The translations under genes and the position numbers were made by a program. Under the pieces are notes generated by a model that worked only from the letters and a program-made list of their open reading frames with translations, ran no database searches and had not been told where the DNA came from. From positions 33,294,001 to 33,358,000 of the forward strand of contig JBHGNT010000001.1 of assembly GCA_043228905.1 (NCBI GenBank): a stretch of DNA of 64,000 nucleotides. The letters run 5' to 3'. This DNA comes from Azolla caroliniana (taxonomy: Eukaryota; Plantae; Polypodiophyta). Positions within the stretch are counted from its first letter, which is position 1, and every line of letters starts with the position of its first letter. This document shows positions 40,807 to 54,010 of the stretch, piece by piece.

Positions 40807-41799
40807 AGCATAGTAGGTAATTCGTGAGAAGTATGATGACTTGTTAGACGGCATGATAAATTAAGAGTCACGATTATGAATATTACTTATTTCATGCATA
40901 CTTAGGATAGTAGGTAATTCATTAGAAGTACGATGACTTGTTAGATGACAATATAATTTTCAATGTCATATCCCAATCAAGAAGGGTGAACACATATGTG
41001 TGGAAATTATTTTCACATGTAAAGTTTTTACTAGAGATTAGTATCGGCCCCTTTAATCTTAGGAAGGATTCACCTCCAAGATGTATGTTTATTTGGTCAA
41101 ATTTGGCCTCCTTGTAGACGATAAAAAATCAAATTTATTCGTCTTCCCACTCTCTCAGTTGTGTAAGGTTGTTGGGTGCAATAGTGGGAAATGTGTCGGA
41201 TGGTAACAAATTGTTTGCACATGTTTGATCCTCATCCTCGATCGCTTGGTTAGGGCAGAGTTTCTAGCTCTTTGATGTTCTAGGATGCCTTGTGTACGAA
41301 CACTAATAGGGCTTCTTAATTTCCTTTTAGCTAATTATAATACTTCTTTAATAGCTCAAACATAAAATGAATGTTTTGGCCCAAGTTACTTCTCTATTTC
41401 ATTGAGTCTAGGTCTTGGATCAAATATTGGTTTCAATATTATGGTACAATACGTTGTTCGTTCATAATTTTCCACTAAATAGGAGTATTTTGCCATAAAG
41501 ACACTTTTTGATGCTTCAAAGCACTATCACTTGTCATAAACTTGGTTCATAGTGACCGTGGATAGAATAATGGCATTCCACTACTAAGATGGATAAACAA
41601 GAAACATAATTTTAGTTCAATTTCAAATATGGTTAACGGGGTAGGTTCAAGCGCAAAACGTTTGCAAACCAAAAAGAACAAAGGATTGCATTATCATCTC
41701 ATTGGAAAGAGAAGTGAAAAACACTATGGGTTAAACTACCATCTTATTGAGAAGAAAATTGAAAAGAAGATAAAAATGATGGATAAAGAACTGATTGTG

Positions 41800-42063
41800 G
41801 ACTTTAAGAAACGATGGCAAGGGATTCGCTTATTTTCAGAGACAACTTCTGGTCTGAGGTGGAATTATGCCATACCTTCTTTTTTGTTGCATAGCTTGTA
41901 GTTTGTGCTCCACTTGTTTCTTATATGATATCATTTGTTTGATCAAATGTTGGTATTAGCCTTTGTATCACAATAGAGGTGAGATGAAATGTCTCCTTTT
42001 GTTTTCTATATGTACATTTCTCAAGTAATATACTAAGGTGTATCTTTCTTTATAATAAAAAAA
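41800..42063 (+). mobile_element. Short 3' fragment of the same LINE family (copy C)
   Basis: FKKRWQGIRLFSETTSGLRWNYAIPSFLL* plus 3' UTR GTGAGATGAAATGTCTC...TACTAAGGTGTATC and an A-tail; reverse complement of the 38560-38800 region. Confidence 0.8.
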
Positions 42064-43534
42064 CTTACGGTGTATAGTGTGGGATGAATTCAAAGTATGG
42101 TTATGGACAATTTTGTTTTGGTTATGATTTTGTGTACTGTTGTATATTTGAAAATATTGAAATTATTATTTTCATCTTATTGATGTGCTAAATCTAGAGA
42201 AAACTACTAAAGTATCCTTACGTATTGGAAATTTTAAAATGTATGCTTATTATTTTCAAAGCTACATGTGCACGTGTGTGTTTGTTTCATCAAAGTTGAA
42301 ACATGGAACATGGAAATTACGCTTAAACATAGAGCTTAGAGAAAAATAACAAGCATCACACTCTACACTATTTATTTTTTCCTGAAAAAAATATTCTCCA
42401 TTGGTATTTGAGTACACAATAGCTTCATTTCCTCATGATATTGATTCTAATCAAAGTTGGTCTAAATGAGCATATTTGACAAGTGTGAACATAGTTGGTT
42501 TCCTAATTAACTTGATTCTTGCATATTGTTCTTCGCATCTCCATGAATTTTATGTCACTAATAGTCATTTGAAACAAAGTGCACACTTTCATTGTATGTA
42601 CGCCAAAAAAATCATTGGTTAAATTCTCTCTCGTTGAAGTATATGGACACCAGATCACTAAAAGTATTGTTTTTTTCCACTTAAATTGTTATCGTGGAAG
42701 AACAAACACGTTTAGTCTTTTTTCTATGGTGGAGTTATGAACACATTGTACGACAAGCATTCCTTCAATAGTCTAGACTCATCTTCATACCAGCTAGGCA
42801 TGACAATTTTTAACAAGGTTGCATTCCATGAACTCAAGTATACAATTACAAATAAATGTTTTATGTAGAGGGAATGATATAATAACAAATGTGGGTGGGT
42901 TAGGAAGGCGACGAAAGGAGAAGGGTGATGTGTGGAATCTCAATGGGAGAAAACATGGGGTTAGGTGGTAGATGCAAGTTCTATTAGGGAGGTATAATAG
43001 TCATGCTAAAGAAACAACAAAAGCACTATGGTATGGTAGAGAGCACATTGGCTATTGCTACTTCTTACTTTTCTTCGAAAAAATATGTTGTTCCTAGTGT
43101 TACTTTTCATGAGAGAGAAATGGCTCTAATAGAAAAAGAATCGCAAATAAACAAAGGCCCATAGGTAGAAGTTTTTGTATTCTAGTTTACTTTTCTCATT
43201 AGAATGAATCGAGTTTGTCCCTAACTAATAAAACATGCAAAGGCCTCCGAAGACAAGATATCTTTACCATTCTCTTTCAATTGTCTGATGTATGTAGCTT
43301 ACCAATGAAACGCGTTAGAGCGTAAGAACTATTAAGACAATTCGACATGTTCACATAATGCTAATCCGATTTAATAAATCCCAAACCAAGGCACATAAAC
43401 GCAAGGCTCTCTCTTGTATTGGCCTTGAAATGGGTGACAAATAAGAACTAAGGTTATTTATAATAATCTAAAGTAAAGACTCTAGGGCATTGTAGGTTAC
43501 AAAACATAAAATAGACCAAGGTTTGAAATAGAAT

Positions 43535-45838
43535 ATGGATCCTATTGAGATCATCGAGCTAAAATCATCTCCAGTAATTAAGCCTAGAAGGCGACAACAA
43601 CAACAGTTAAATCATTCGGATTCAGACATCAACATTAATCCATTATTTACAACAAATTCTCCAGATTTAGCTACGATAAATTCTAGCAACAATAATAACA
43701 ACACCCTCGTCTTCCCAAGGTCTCGCTCATCCACCACGATACTTCTCACAAATAGCCCATCGCCTGCCAGGTAACACATCTCCTTAAAACATCACCATGT
43801 TTTAAGTTTCGGTTTAAGTTAATACGAGCTCACCTCGAGGTATTTGTCATTCAATAATGTAATTAATATTCAAACTAAACATAATTAAAACAACTAAGCT
43901 ATCCAAACTATTACTCGCTAACCTCTATACGATGCACTTCAGTTAATTGCTCTCTTTCATGGGCAAAACCATATTGTGGAAATGTAGTAAGTGTGCCCAC
44001 TCTATGTACTATGTATAAGCAAAGCCATGGGCTCTTTGGTGATGAATTCTAGGCTAGGTGGAGTACCAAATGGTGATTCGTGTGGCGACAAGACGGTGAC
44101 AAAAGGTGCTGCCAAACAAGACGAGAAAGCCACTAGGACATTGACATCCCACACTAAGGACAATGCCGCCGGAGGCCCCGACGACGAAGAAGCCGAAGCC
44201 GGACTGGGGTACCGGAGGAGGAATAGGAGGAGGAGGAGGAGTAAGTCGAGCAATGTGATGCACCCCGAAGTGTGGCCCGACGAAGAAGAAGAAGAACCCT
44301 TTGGCGCACGAATGCTCCCTTATGGCCGGCGCCGGCGGACCAGGTGCTGTGCTTTCGGATTGTGGGAGGCGTCTACGGCCGCGTTGTGGCAATGCGCCTT
44401 GGTGGAGTTCATTGGCACCTTGCTCCTCACATTCGTGAGCATCGGCGCCGTGATAGCTTCATTGCGCGCGGGCTTCGCGTTCCCGAGGATCGCCGTGGCT
44501 TTGACACAGTGGGCGCTCTACGCGGCCGCCATCGTGGTCACCGCCCCGCTCTCCGGTGCCCATCTCAACCCATCCTTCACAATAGCCACATTGCTGACAG
44601 GCCACATCACGGGGGCGCGGGCAATTCTATACGTTGTTGCCCAGACGATGGGCGCCATATTCGGGGCGTTGTTCGTGAAGGCCGTGCTCCCGATGAGCAT
44701 TGCGTCCCAATTCTACCTCGGCGGGTGTATCCTCAAACAGACCGTGGTCGTCAACACCACCACAACCGGGGCCTCGGTAGCTCAGCTGGTTGGACCGACC
44801 GGAGGCCAGGCCCTAGTGGCCGAGATCTTCTTCTCTTTCCTCCTCATTGCTTTCTCCTATCCTTTGTTCTTGATGGCGTTCGCACCCATCCCGGGCGAGC
44901 CGCCATCATGCGAAGGGTTCGCACGGCTTGGTGGGCACCTCGCACGGGCGGGCCTACTCGCGGGGCTGCTTCTTGGTCTCCTCATATTCGTGTCGGGACA
45001 ATTGTTGGCCCCCGGATACACAAGCGCCGGAATGAACCCGGCCCGATGCTTCGGGCCGGCTCTAGTGCAAGGCGGGCCATCCCTATGGCAACCCCAGTGG
45101 GTCTTCTGGTTGGGCCCAACGCTGGCAGCACTCCTCTTCTCCATGCTCTACCATGCCCTCTGTTTCAAGAGGTCATCCACAGTAAATGCAGCATATAGCA
45201 CCCCTGTAACTGCTAAAAATGGTGATACTTACAAAGATGGGGCAGCAGCAGCAGCCCCTCTAACAACAAACGCTTACCCTAAATCACAGGCAGCCACCAT
45301 GATGAGGAATACGCCCCCAACTACCCCCACATTGTCAGACATTGAGCAACAGAAGAGAATGGATGTGTTCCTTCACATCAAAGCTACCCTCAACCAGAAA
45401 AATCAAGATCAAGAAGAGAAGTGTTCGGTGATGGATATCGAAGCATGTGATACAAGGAGCATGGTATCGCCTGTTCATCGTCGGGCGGCTTCTTCGTCAT
45501 CAATTCAGCCACATGATGGTGGTGGTGGTGGTAGTAGTAGTAGGCCATCACCACCATTACCATCATCTCCTTCACCACCACCATCACCATCACCACCATT
45601 ACCAACACCACCATTACCATCACCATCACCATCACCATCACATTCACATGATCAATCACATTTACCATCACCATCGGCCGATGGGCATGATGGGCAAGTG
45701 ATCCTCGAGCATGCCGACCTCAGCCTTCGGAACTTGATGGAGCTCCCCTCCTCCTCCTCCTCCTCTACCACCAAGGCCCTCTTGCTTGCTGAAGACCATA
45801 GCCATTTGGATGATGACCATGAGTTTAGCTATCATTAA
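43535..45838 (+). CDS. XIP: X intrinsic protein (XIP) aquaporin with long N- and C-terminal extensions, ~673 aa
   Basis: Predicted exons 43535-43770 (AG|GTAAC) and 44053-45838 (TTCTAG|G), phase compatible; alternative starts in the second ORF at 44027/44042. MIP motifs VEFIGT, SGAHLNPS, LGGC, AEIFFSF and GMNPARCFGPA; NPARC and LGGC are XIP hallmarks. Confidence 0.88.
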
Positions 45839-46608
45839 CCTGATGCCCCCCCCCCCCCCCCTCCATAGAATAACACATCCATCATACCCACCACCAACTC
45901 CTTTTACTTTGTTGTTGTTGAAAATCAAAATGAACCCACATTCATTGAATAACTATATATACTCATGTACATCTGTGCATCTATCTATGTATATTCCATA
46001 CATACTCTCTGTTTCTTATATGTACTAGACATTATGGGTAATGGTAACCCAATGTGTATGTATTAAAGCAAACTCTTAATTAAGTTAGTGGTAAGCCAAG
46101 TTTGGTTCCGATCTCAAGGATATGACCTACTTCAGTCGATTTCATTGGGCAATGTAGGGGGTTGAACATGACATTCACCATGTAATCAATCCTCGTTTTT
46201 ATAGACCGAAGAAGATAATCTCAACCAAACTAATATGATAGATGGATCTTTTACCCTCCATTCTCGAGACAAATTTTTACTATACACCACCTTTCTAGAA
46301 ACCAATCACTTACGAAACCAGTCACGTTTTGCAATGTTGATAGTATCACCCGTTAGTTGTCTAAGAATGTACATCGATGAAGACTCTCATGTTTTGTCTA
46401 CTCAATTGTTTTTGCCGCATTGGCATTGTAACCTTCCGAGTGTAGACACAATTTCGGTCAACATTCAATTGTTTTTTGCCATGCCCCAATTCTCTGTTTT
46501 TGGTCACACCACATTCGACCCTAAAGTTGTGGGTCTAAGAGGGTATTGTGCACTTAATTCCAAGTAGATATATGTTGGCAAAAAGGTTTCGTACTTACAT
46601 TCAACTTT

Positions 46609-46719
46609 CACTTCATATCACAAACAAGAGGCAAAGCACTTGCTTTTTTTGAGCAACATCTCACACTTCATATCACAAACAAGAGGCAAAGCACTTGCTT
46701 TTTTTGAGCAACATCTCAC
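46609..46719. repeat. Perfect ~55-bp tandem duplication
   Basis: CACTTCATATCACAAACAAGAGGCAAAGCACTTGCTTTTTTTGAGCAACATCTCA occurs twice. Confidence 0.9.
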
Positions 46720-47615
46720 GTTCTAAGCCCATAGTATGGTGGCACTTTGCTTTCTTTTCTCTTCAAAAGATGGTCCATTATTGCATCCATTTTTCATCAT
46801 TGATTCAAACCTTTGAAGTGTAGATCAACTATGGTTGTCTAGTGGATGGCAAAAACTTATCTTGTGGTCATCAAACAACAATTTCACATTTGTATATACA
46901 TGTCATACATATTGTACACAATTATATTGCATATGTATCCATTGGATGTGTGGTTCTCATTGGTTCTTCTAGGGTGTAAATCCACTTTTATCACATCGTA
47001 TCCTGCATATTTGCTCACATATAGCATATAATGTATTTGATATTTTTTCCGCATCAATCATCATTAAGATTTCATTATCATCCATCATTGAACTTGACTT
47101 AACGCACTATGTTTTTTGTTAGTACAATACAATCTCCTTTTGCCATTTTTCATCATTAGATTTGACCTCGCACATGGTCCTTTAACATATATGCATTAAT
47201 TACATTTTATTTTTGTCCAAGCAAATTTATATTAGCTTAGAACGATGAAATCAATAAGGGGATCTCCATCCTTGATGACAAACCAAAGGTTCACAAACCT
47301 CCTTGTAAACTATTTAGTTCATATTTTTTGGATGCATACTTCATGGTGATAAGAGCTACATCATCACCAGAGCAAAGCAAAAGATTACATATTACATGTT
47401 TGTACATGCTTTTTACAATGTATATGCACCAAGGCAACTTGAGCCTTTAGTGTATAACATGTTCTCCACCGAAGAATATAACGCAACCTTTTGCTCATGG
47501 CACATATTTATCATGTTGTGGGAAAACAAAATGTGCTCCCGAGCTCTTGCTGAATTACAGAGTCGAGAAAGGCCCTTCTATATGGCAAAATATACATAAA
47601 TATAAATGAACAAGT

Positions 47616-50600
47616 TCAAGATATAAACTTTCTTAAAGCATTATGAATAGTTTCGGAGCTTAGAGAAGACTCAGTAGTGACAATATTCGGACTTCCCAAT
47701 GGCACCACATCTTCCCTACTATAGCTTCCGCTGCCACGAAGCAGCTTTTGAGAGCCATCACCATCACCACAATCCTTCAATATGATTGTCTTATGTGTTC
47801 CAGAAAGAAGATCTTCATAGTCGCTGTCCCCGGTCTCGCCCACACAAACAAACATGTTGCTGACATCGGTTCCCCATCTTACAAATAGATACCTTCAATA
47901 AATGGAAGGTTGTAAGTGGAATTATAATTAGTTTAATGGATTGCTACGCCAGAGAGAGAGAGAGAGAGAGAGGAGAGCTGAATCCGGGTTGATTGGAATC
48001 ATCACATGCATGATTAGTAGAAACAAACAAACAAAAAGGGAAACAATAGAATTCATTATTTTTCATTAACACAAGTTAATGACTGCTTTATCATATACCT
48101 GAGTGCACATGCTCGAGATGCAAATAGTGGCTTGATATACAATTGTGATCCATTCTTGCAGTAGACAACATGGCACCGAAGTCCACGCATTCGTAGATTT
48201 TTCCGCAACTCCTCAACTTTGGGTGCCTGAAATTTGGTGTTTATCTTAGAGCAAGAAAAGACATCGAGAGCCACCTTTAATTGATTTCACTAAATCTTTA
48301 AAAACAATATCTTAGACTAAGTTTTCATGTTTTTAATATAGTTAAGAAGTTTATTTTCTTTAAAACCTACTACATTTCTAAAACACTCAGGTTTTCACGA
48401 GCAATAAGGGGATCAAACCAATCAAAACTCTTTTGTTTAGGTGAAAATGTCTATATATTCTATTTTCCTATCCTATTTTTACAGTATGCTAGACTAGAAC
48501 TAAACGACATAATGTGATTGATCTTGTAGCTCACCCGAGACGCGTCTTTAACTTTGTACACAAGACAATTGTCAATTTTGTGAGAAACATCTTCCACAAT
48601 AGGTAAGGAATGCATATCCGAATCTCCCGTACGGGTGACGATTTTAGTGATCGACTTCTTAATGCCTTGTCCAGCCCATCGGTAACCAATGTGTACTACG
48701 TAATCCCTATCCACACATAGCTGGAAACCAGTTTCTGTATCACCATAAACATCTGGATAATATATCTGACTTCCACTTCCACATATTAGTGCATCAAACT
48801 CTTGCAAGAGTTGTCCTCCAAGGTTGAAAAGCTCTATTGTCTCCGACAATGTCAACGCCGTCGATAGAATGAATCCCGGTGTGTGTGAAAATGGCTCCTT
48901 CTTTACTTGTTTCATTATCTCTTGAATGGTGTCTAGCATTTTCATACTTGGCTTCCCATCGGCTTCATATGAATCAATGGCAATAACAAACACCCTCTTT
49001 AACTTCCTTTGCCAAAACTTCTGCTCTGCTACATTCACATGGTTAAAATTACTGTCGATATCTTGCCTCATTTGAGATTCCAATATCTCAGCACCATTTC
49101 CTAGCGATGACTTCTCATCAATGGAAAGATGAATGTGAACATCCTTCAAGCTATCTCTTGTGTAATCCTCATCTACTATTTGCTGTCTATCTAACAAAGA
49201 ATCATCTTGCCACTGCCGATGCCGCATCCGGCACTGTGCAATTCGAGCAAGATAGATTCGGCAATGTTGGGGCCAAGAATAGTGGTTAATGTTATTTAAA
49301 CCATTCTTTCGGCATTCAGTCCAGAGGTTGCGATCCGACACAAGTTTCAGCAAAGCATCCGCGATATCTTTCTCATCATGAGGGTCAATGAGCAACCCAT
49401 TTTTTAAGGCCTGAAAAGAAAGAGAGAAAGAAAGATTGCTCATGTGTACGAACAGCAAAGATCAATTTTAAATGAGTAAATGATGATCGATGCTTTATTT
49501 ACTTTGTGAATATCTACTGGTCCACCATTCTTGGTTGCAACCGTAGGGACACCATGAGCAGCTGCCTGCCAAATCGTTTTGGAAGATGAAATAAATCAAC
49601 TGGATTCTCTGAAAGCATTATTTTGCTTTATCCTAATACATATACCTTATGTTTTATGTTTTATTACCTCAATCAGTGTGAGACCGAACGGCTCGACCAA
49701 CGCAGGATTAATGAACACTCCCTGCCAATCCATTATAATTATACATTTAACTCTTGTATCACAAGTATTTTTAAGTAACTAGGTCGATCATATAATCCAA
49801 ATGTTTACATGCAGTCATCCAGTAATATATCACCTTTGTCCTTGCTGCAAGCCTATAAATATTGGGAACATCCGACTGTTTGTGATGCTTTGGATAAGCA
49901 ACAAGTCCATACAAATCAAATTTATCTATGAGCTTCAAGATTGTTGTCAGAACTGCCGCATTTCCACCCGACATATCATCGATGTCGTCACGGTTTCCCA
50001 TGATAAGAACCTGAAAAGCATGCCAAATGTAGTTAGTAACAAAAATTGTAAAATATATATTGAATCCCAATCAGGAAAAGAAAAAGAGTCTGCAAATTTT
50101 GATTTTGAGTGTAACTGGACATTTGTCTTATTACCAGATTAGCCAGCTCTTTCAATGGGCGGCATTCACCAAAAGCCTTGACCAATTTGGTCAAGTTCTT
50201 CTTGGGATCGGGCCTAGCAAGCGCCAAGATTATCGGCTTGTGTGGATTGCTGAAAAAGCGCTTAATCTGTACCAGATAAAAGTACCATTATCAATAAATA
50301 AAAATGATCACGAAACTTTGCTGGAGATCAATATTCAAGCATTTTGAATACCTCTCCCCAGATTAAGGGTTCTGGCTTTGGTGACATCGGCTCACTACCC
50401 AGGGCTCCACCATCAATATCAGCATCTTCAACATCTGGTAAGGAAACACTGCTGAAGTCCATTCCTGGAGGTATCACCTACACATGCGTGCCATGAAATG
50501 GAGCTTCATAAATTATAACCCATAATTGAGAATTTATAGATTGGTGATAGTTAAATATTGCTCATATTTATTTGTGTCAATATGGTGGTTTTGATTTAGT

Positions 50601-53106
50601 AAATGTATATTGGTATTTTGAGTAAGTATACACATTCGTGGGTTCTGAGTGAGTATATATTGGTGGTTTTGAGGACGAATATATATTGGTCGTTTTGATG
50701 TGGAAGTATCTAGAACTTACCACCATACGTGGCATATACCGACCATAGCAACTCATGCCTTCCTTCACTCTGAGTCTGAGTACTCTTTCAAGGTTAACAT
50801 CAAATCCATCATAAAGACCCCATTGCTCTTCTATCTCTTGTCTCGTGCTTGTAATAACGAGTTCTGCTGCATCAAGGGAGAGCTCTTCCCCTTCTATTCT
50901 TCGCATGATTCGATACATGCTATTTATGTCTTCCTTGGATTGTCGGCCTTGCTTTAAGAGCTGCTCAAGTTTGTTCCTACCAAGGGAATGGCCAGTCAAG
51001 ACCATAGGAGCATTTAATGCACTAGAGAGGAGGTAAGCTGCATTTCCAGCATCTGCATAATGTCCATGAATGGCATGTGGCCAAACGCGTCGCTCACCTC
51101 CAAGAATTTGTTCTCCGAGAGCCTTTGTCATATTAAGTATATGAACCAAAGCACCATCTATGAATTCCGGGATGTAAGGCCAAAGGCGCTCTTTAGCTAT
51201 GTATTCATTTCTGGGGCCACATGGAATTCGGATAATATATGCACCACTGCTTTCTCCAGATCCATCGGCATCCCCATGAGAGAGCATCTCAGTAGGCTCA
51301 CCATAGCTCCAATCAACGTCAGGTGAGCAAATTTGGCGCGTCAATAGGTCTACCCTATAAACTTCCGGCATCATCGCCAATGCCCTCGCCAACTCCACTA
51401 CATACTTGACCTGGCATATATACAAAATCAGTTAGCTGCAAGCAGCCATCTCTGGATTGACTTTAACATGCATACAATCATTGATTTATGAGGGAATACA
51501 CCAAAATATACCTTACTGGGCATGTGCTAGAATAGCCCTAAGTTTTCAATCCTACCAAGAGGTATTATTTTGGCAATCTTTGGAAAATTTCTGGGTGTTT
51601 TGTGTTTGCCATTTATCATACCTGGCCACCAGTGTCTGAGTCTCGACCAAGCTCCATGTTATAGCCTCTCACAAGGCCATGCAAGCTACACAGGGTTCAC
51701 ATATTTGTTAAAAAGTTGTATTACATTTTCCTCCTTTATTGAAATAGGATGTTTAATCTCTCTCTAAATTATATATATGCCACTCTCAAGGTATAAAAGA
51801 TGTAATTGATCTCAAATTATCCCATTTTAAATTTAGCAACTAAGTTTTTAATTCAACCATATAAAAGAACATCAAGAATACTTTCATACTACGGGAGAAA
51901 CAGAAGACCATATATTTCAACAATTCCTAAAATTATGTTGTAGGCCAGATGGTACCTTATCAAAACTATATACAAAGATTTCTTGCTTTGCGGTTGCTTG
52001 ATGAACATTTCAAAGTCTGAAAAGTTCCTAGATAGAACTTTCTTGGAGTTGGGACCAACAAGTTGATCCGATTTCTCACTATCAGACAACTCCGAAAGCT
52101 CAGTTGAAGCTGCTTTTTGACCTTGCTCTCTTTCATAGTGCCGCTTTGCAAGCTTTTGAGCATCCTCCCATTCAATCTGATAACACAACATTTCATCATT
52201 AACCATTTCAAAATAAAAAGGATTAGTTCTAAGTTCTCTTAAAAGCCATAGAGTAGCAAGGCTAGTATTATATTCGAGCAAGTTGATTTGGAAATGGATA
52301 GATGTAGACTAATTTTTAGAGGTCCAAGAGCAATAACAACAACAGCAACAATAATAATCAAAGACCTTTTTAAGCTTAAAGCCAACCTGTTTCTTCTTGC
52401 GGAATAGGTGCCAAATTCTCCAGCACAAGTTCTCCATCCTGTTGTTGCGAGTTTGTGCACTTCTCATCGCAATGCTCTACAAAAGGAAGGTTCAAAAAAC
52501 CTATTGATATATGATATAAAAGCAACAATTGAGTCGTTTCCAGGCAGGCTAATGATGACATTGAACTAACTATTGTTATGAACATACATAAATGGGAGTA
52601 AATTAGGCTCATTAGCTTCTGGGCAGCCCTTTGGTCAGCCAGAGTATATAGTCAGGATATCTATAATTCACACATAAACCTTGGGTAAACTGGTATAAAT
52701 TAGGTTAAACAGCATGCAAGTAAATAACAATGGAGTCAACTAGGCTAGAGATAGACCTACTTCTCTCCACTAAGAGTATGATTATATGTAGGCTCATAAC
52801 AATGACTGATGCCTAGAATGAATAATAACGAAAACTGAGAAACCAGATAATGTCGAATGAAGACTACTTTTGTTTATTTACCTTCATCCATGTCTTATAG
52901 AGGTCTGCTTCGTCATAGCCACTGGTGACCTCTTCGACGAAAAACTTGGTGGGATTGAAGATGCCTTTTCCCTCATTGAGCTCAAGGGGTTGGGGCCTTT
53001 CTTTAAGACCACCTGCAGCACCAGTCTGAGCTTTGTGCTTAGCAATCACTGCCCCAGCATCCAATATTGCCTCCAAGTACCCATTAATCCACTGATTCCC
53101 GTCCAT
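47616..53106 (-). CDS. SPS: Sucrose-phosphate synthase, 1040 aa
   Basis: 13 exons (53106-52882, 52476-52387, 52176-51956, 51685-51622, 51410-50721, 50477-50352, 50266-50135, 50010-49834, 49721-49668, 49565-49503, 49410-48535, 48226-48099, 47892-47616) total 3123 nt. Motifs: [67 protein letters not shown] and the SPP-like C-terminus [10 protein letters not shown]. Confidence 0.97.
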
Positions 53107-53329
53107 GTTGATCACAATGCACTAATTCTGCAATTATTCGCAATCAATCCGTTGATTAGAACTCATTGTTTGATTGATCATGCTTCTTGGTTGAACCCGC
53201 AAATTACTCAATGCATTTCTTTCTTTATGGTTCCAAATCAATCAATTATTATCTCATGGTAACCAAACTCAAATGTCCACGTCACATAATCAACTCTACC
53301 ATGCCATTATCCACAATTACTTTGATTTC

Positions 53330-54010
53330 TACATTAGAACATTAAATATTTAATCAGATTATAAGAGACCCTGACACTGCATCAATTTAAAGCTTTAAAT
53401 TCAGTTTTTGGTGTTGGCGCCACATCAAAGAAAGCCTCTAATTTCAAATTTCCAATGGCACTCCACTTCAAATTAAGCCTAAATTTGAATTCACATGTCA
53501 GGTTAAGCCTTCCATTATGCGCTGCATCAAAGTAAACATTTAAACATCTACATCCCACTAAGCCTCTGTTTTCATATCTGTCATAGACCCAATATCAAAT
53601 TAAGCCTCCAATTCAATTTTCTCATGAACAACGCATCAAACTAAGCCTCTAATATCAACTGCTGCAGAGATCATCCCACATTCAATTAGCCTCTAAACAT
53701 TGAATTAAGCCCAAAAATTCAAGTTCTACATCTGCATAAAGGCCACAGGAAATTAAGCCTTAACATCTGCATAAAGGCCACATGAATTACGTCATTAACT
53801 TTTTCAAGTTCCATTTAGAGACCACCTCAGATTAAGCCTCAAAAGATCAAATTAATCCTTGATCACCAAATTAAGCCTCTAAACACCAAATTAGGCCTCT
53901 AATACCAGATTAAGTCTCTAATGTTTCAAGCTCTGCATAGAGCCCACCACAAATTAAGACAAAAAGTTCAAGTCGCTCATAGAACCCACATAAATTTAGC
54001 ATCTAATTTC
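53330..54010. repeat. Irregular array of AATTAAGCCT(CTAA) motifs upstream of the SPS ATG
   Basis: About a dozen near-copies (e.g. 53471, 53598, 53751, 53831, 53869, 53889) with variable spacers. Confidence 0.75.

Noticed and set aside
44272-45198. 308-aa alternative-frame ORF overlapping XIP
   Set aside because: Non-ATG start and Arg/Gly/Pro-rich, as expected for a shadow frame of GC-rich coding DNA.
45447-45701. Poly-His ORF
   Set aside because: Alternative frame of the (CCATCA)n tract inside the XIP tail.
53330-54010. CRISPR-like array
   Set aside because: Eukaryotic context, repeats only ~10-14 bp and degenerate, irregular spacing, no cas genes.
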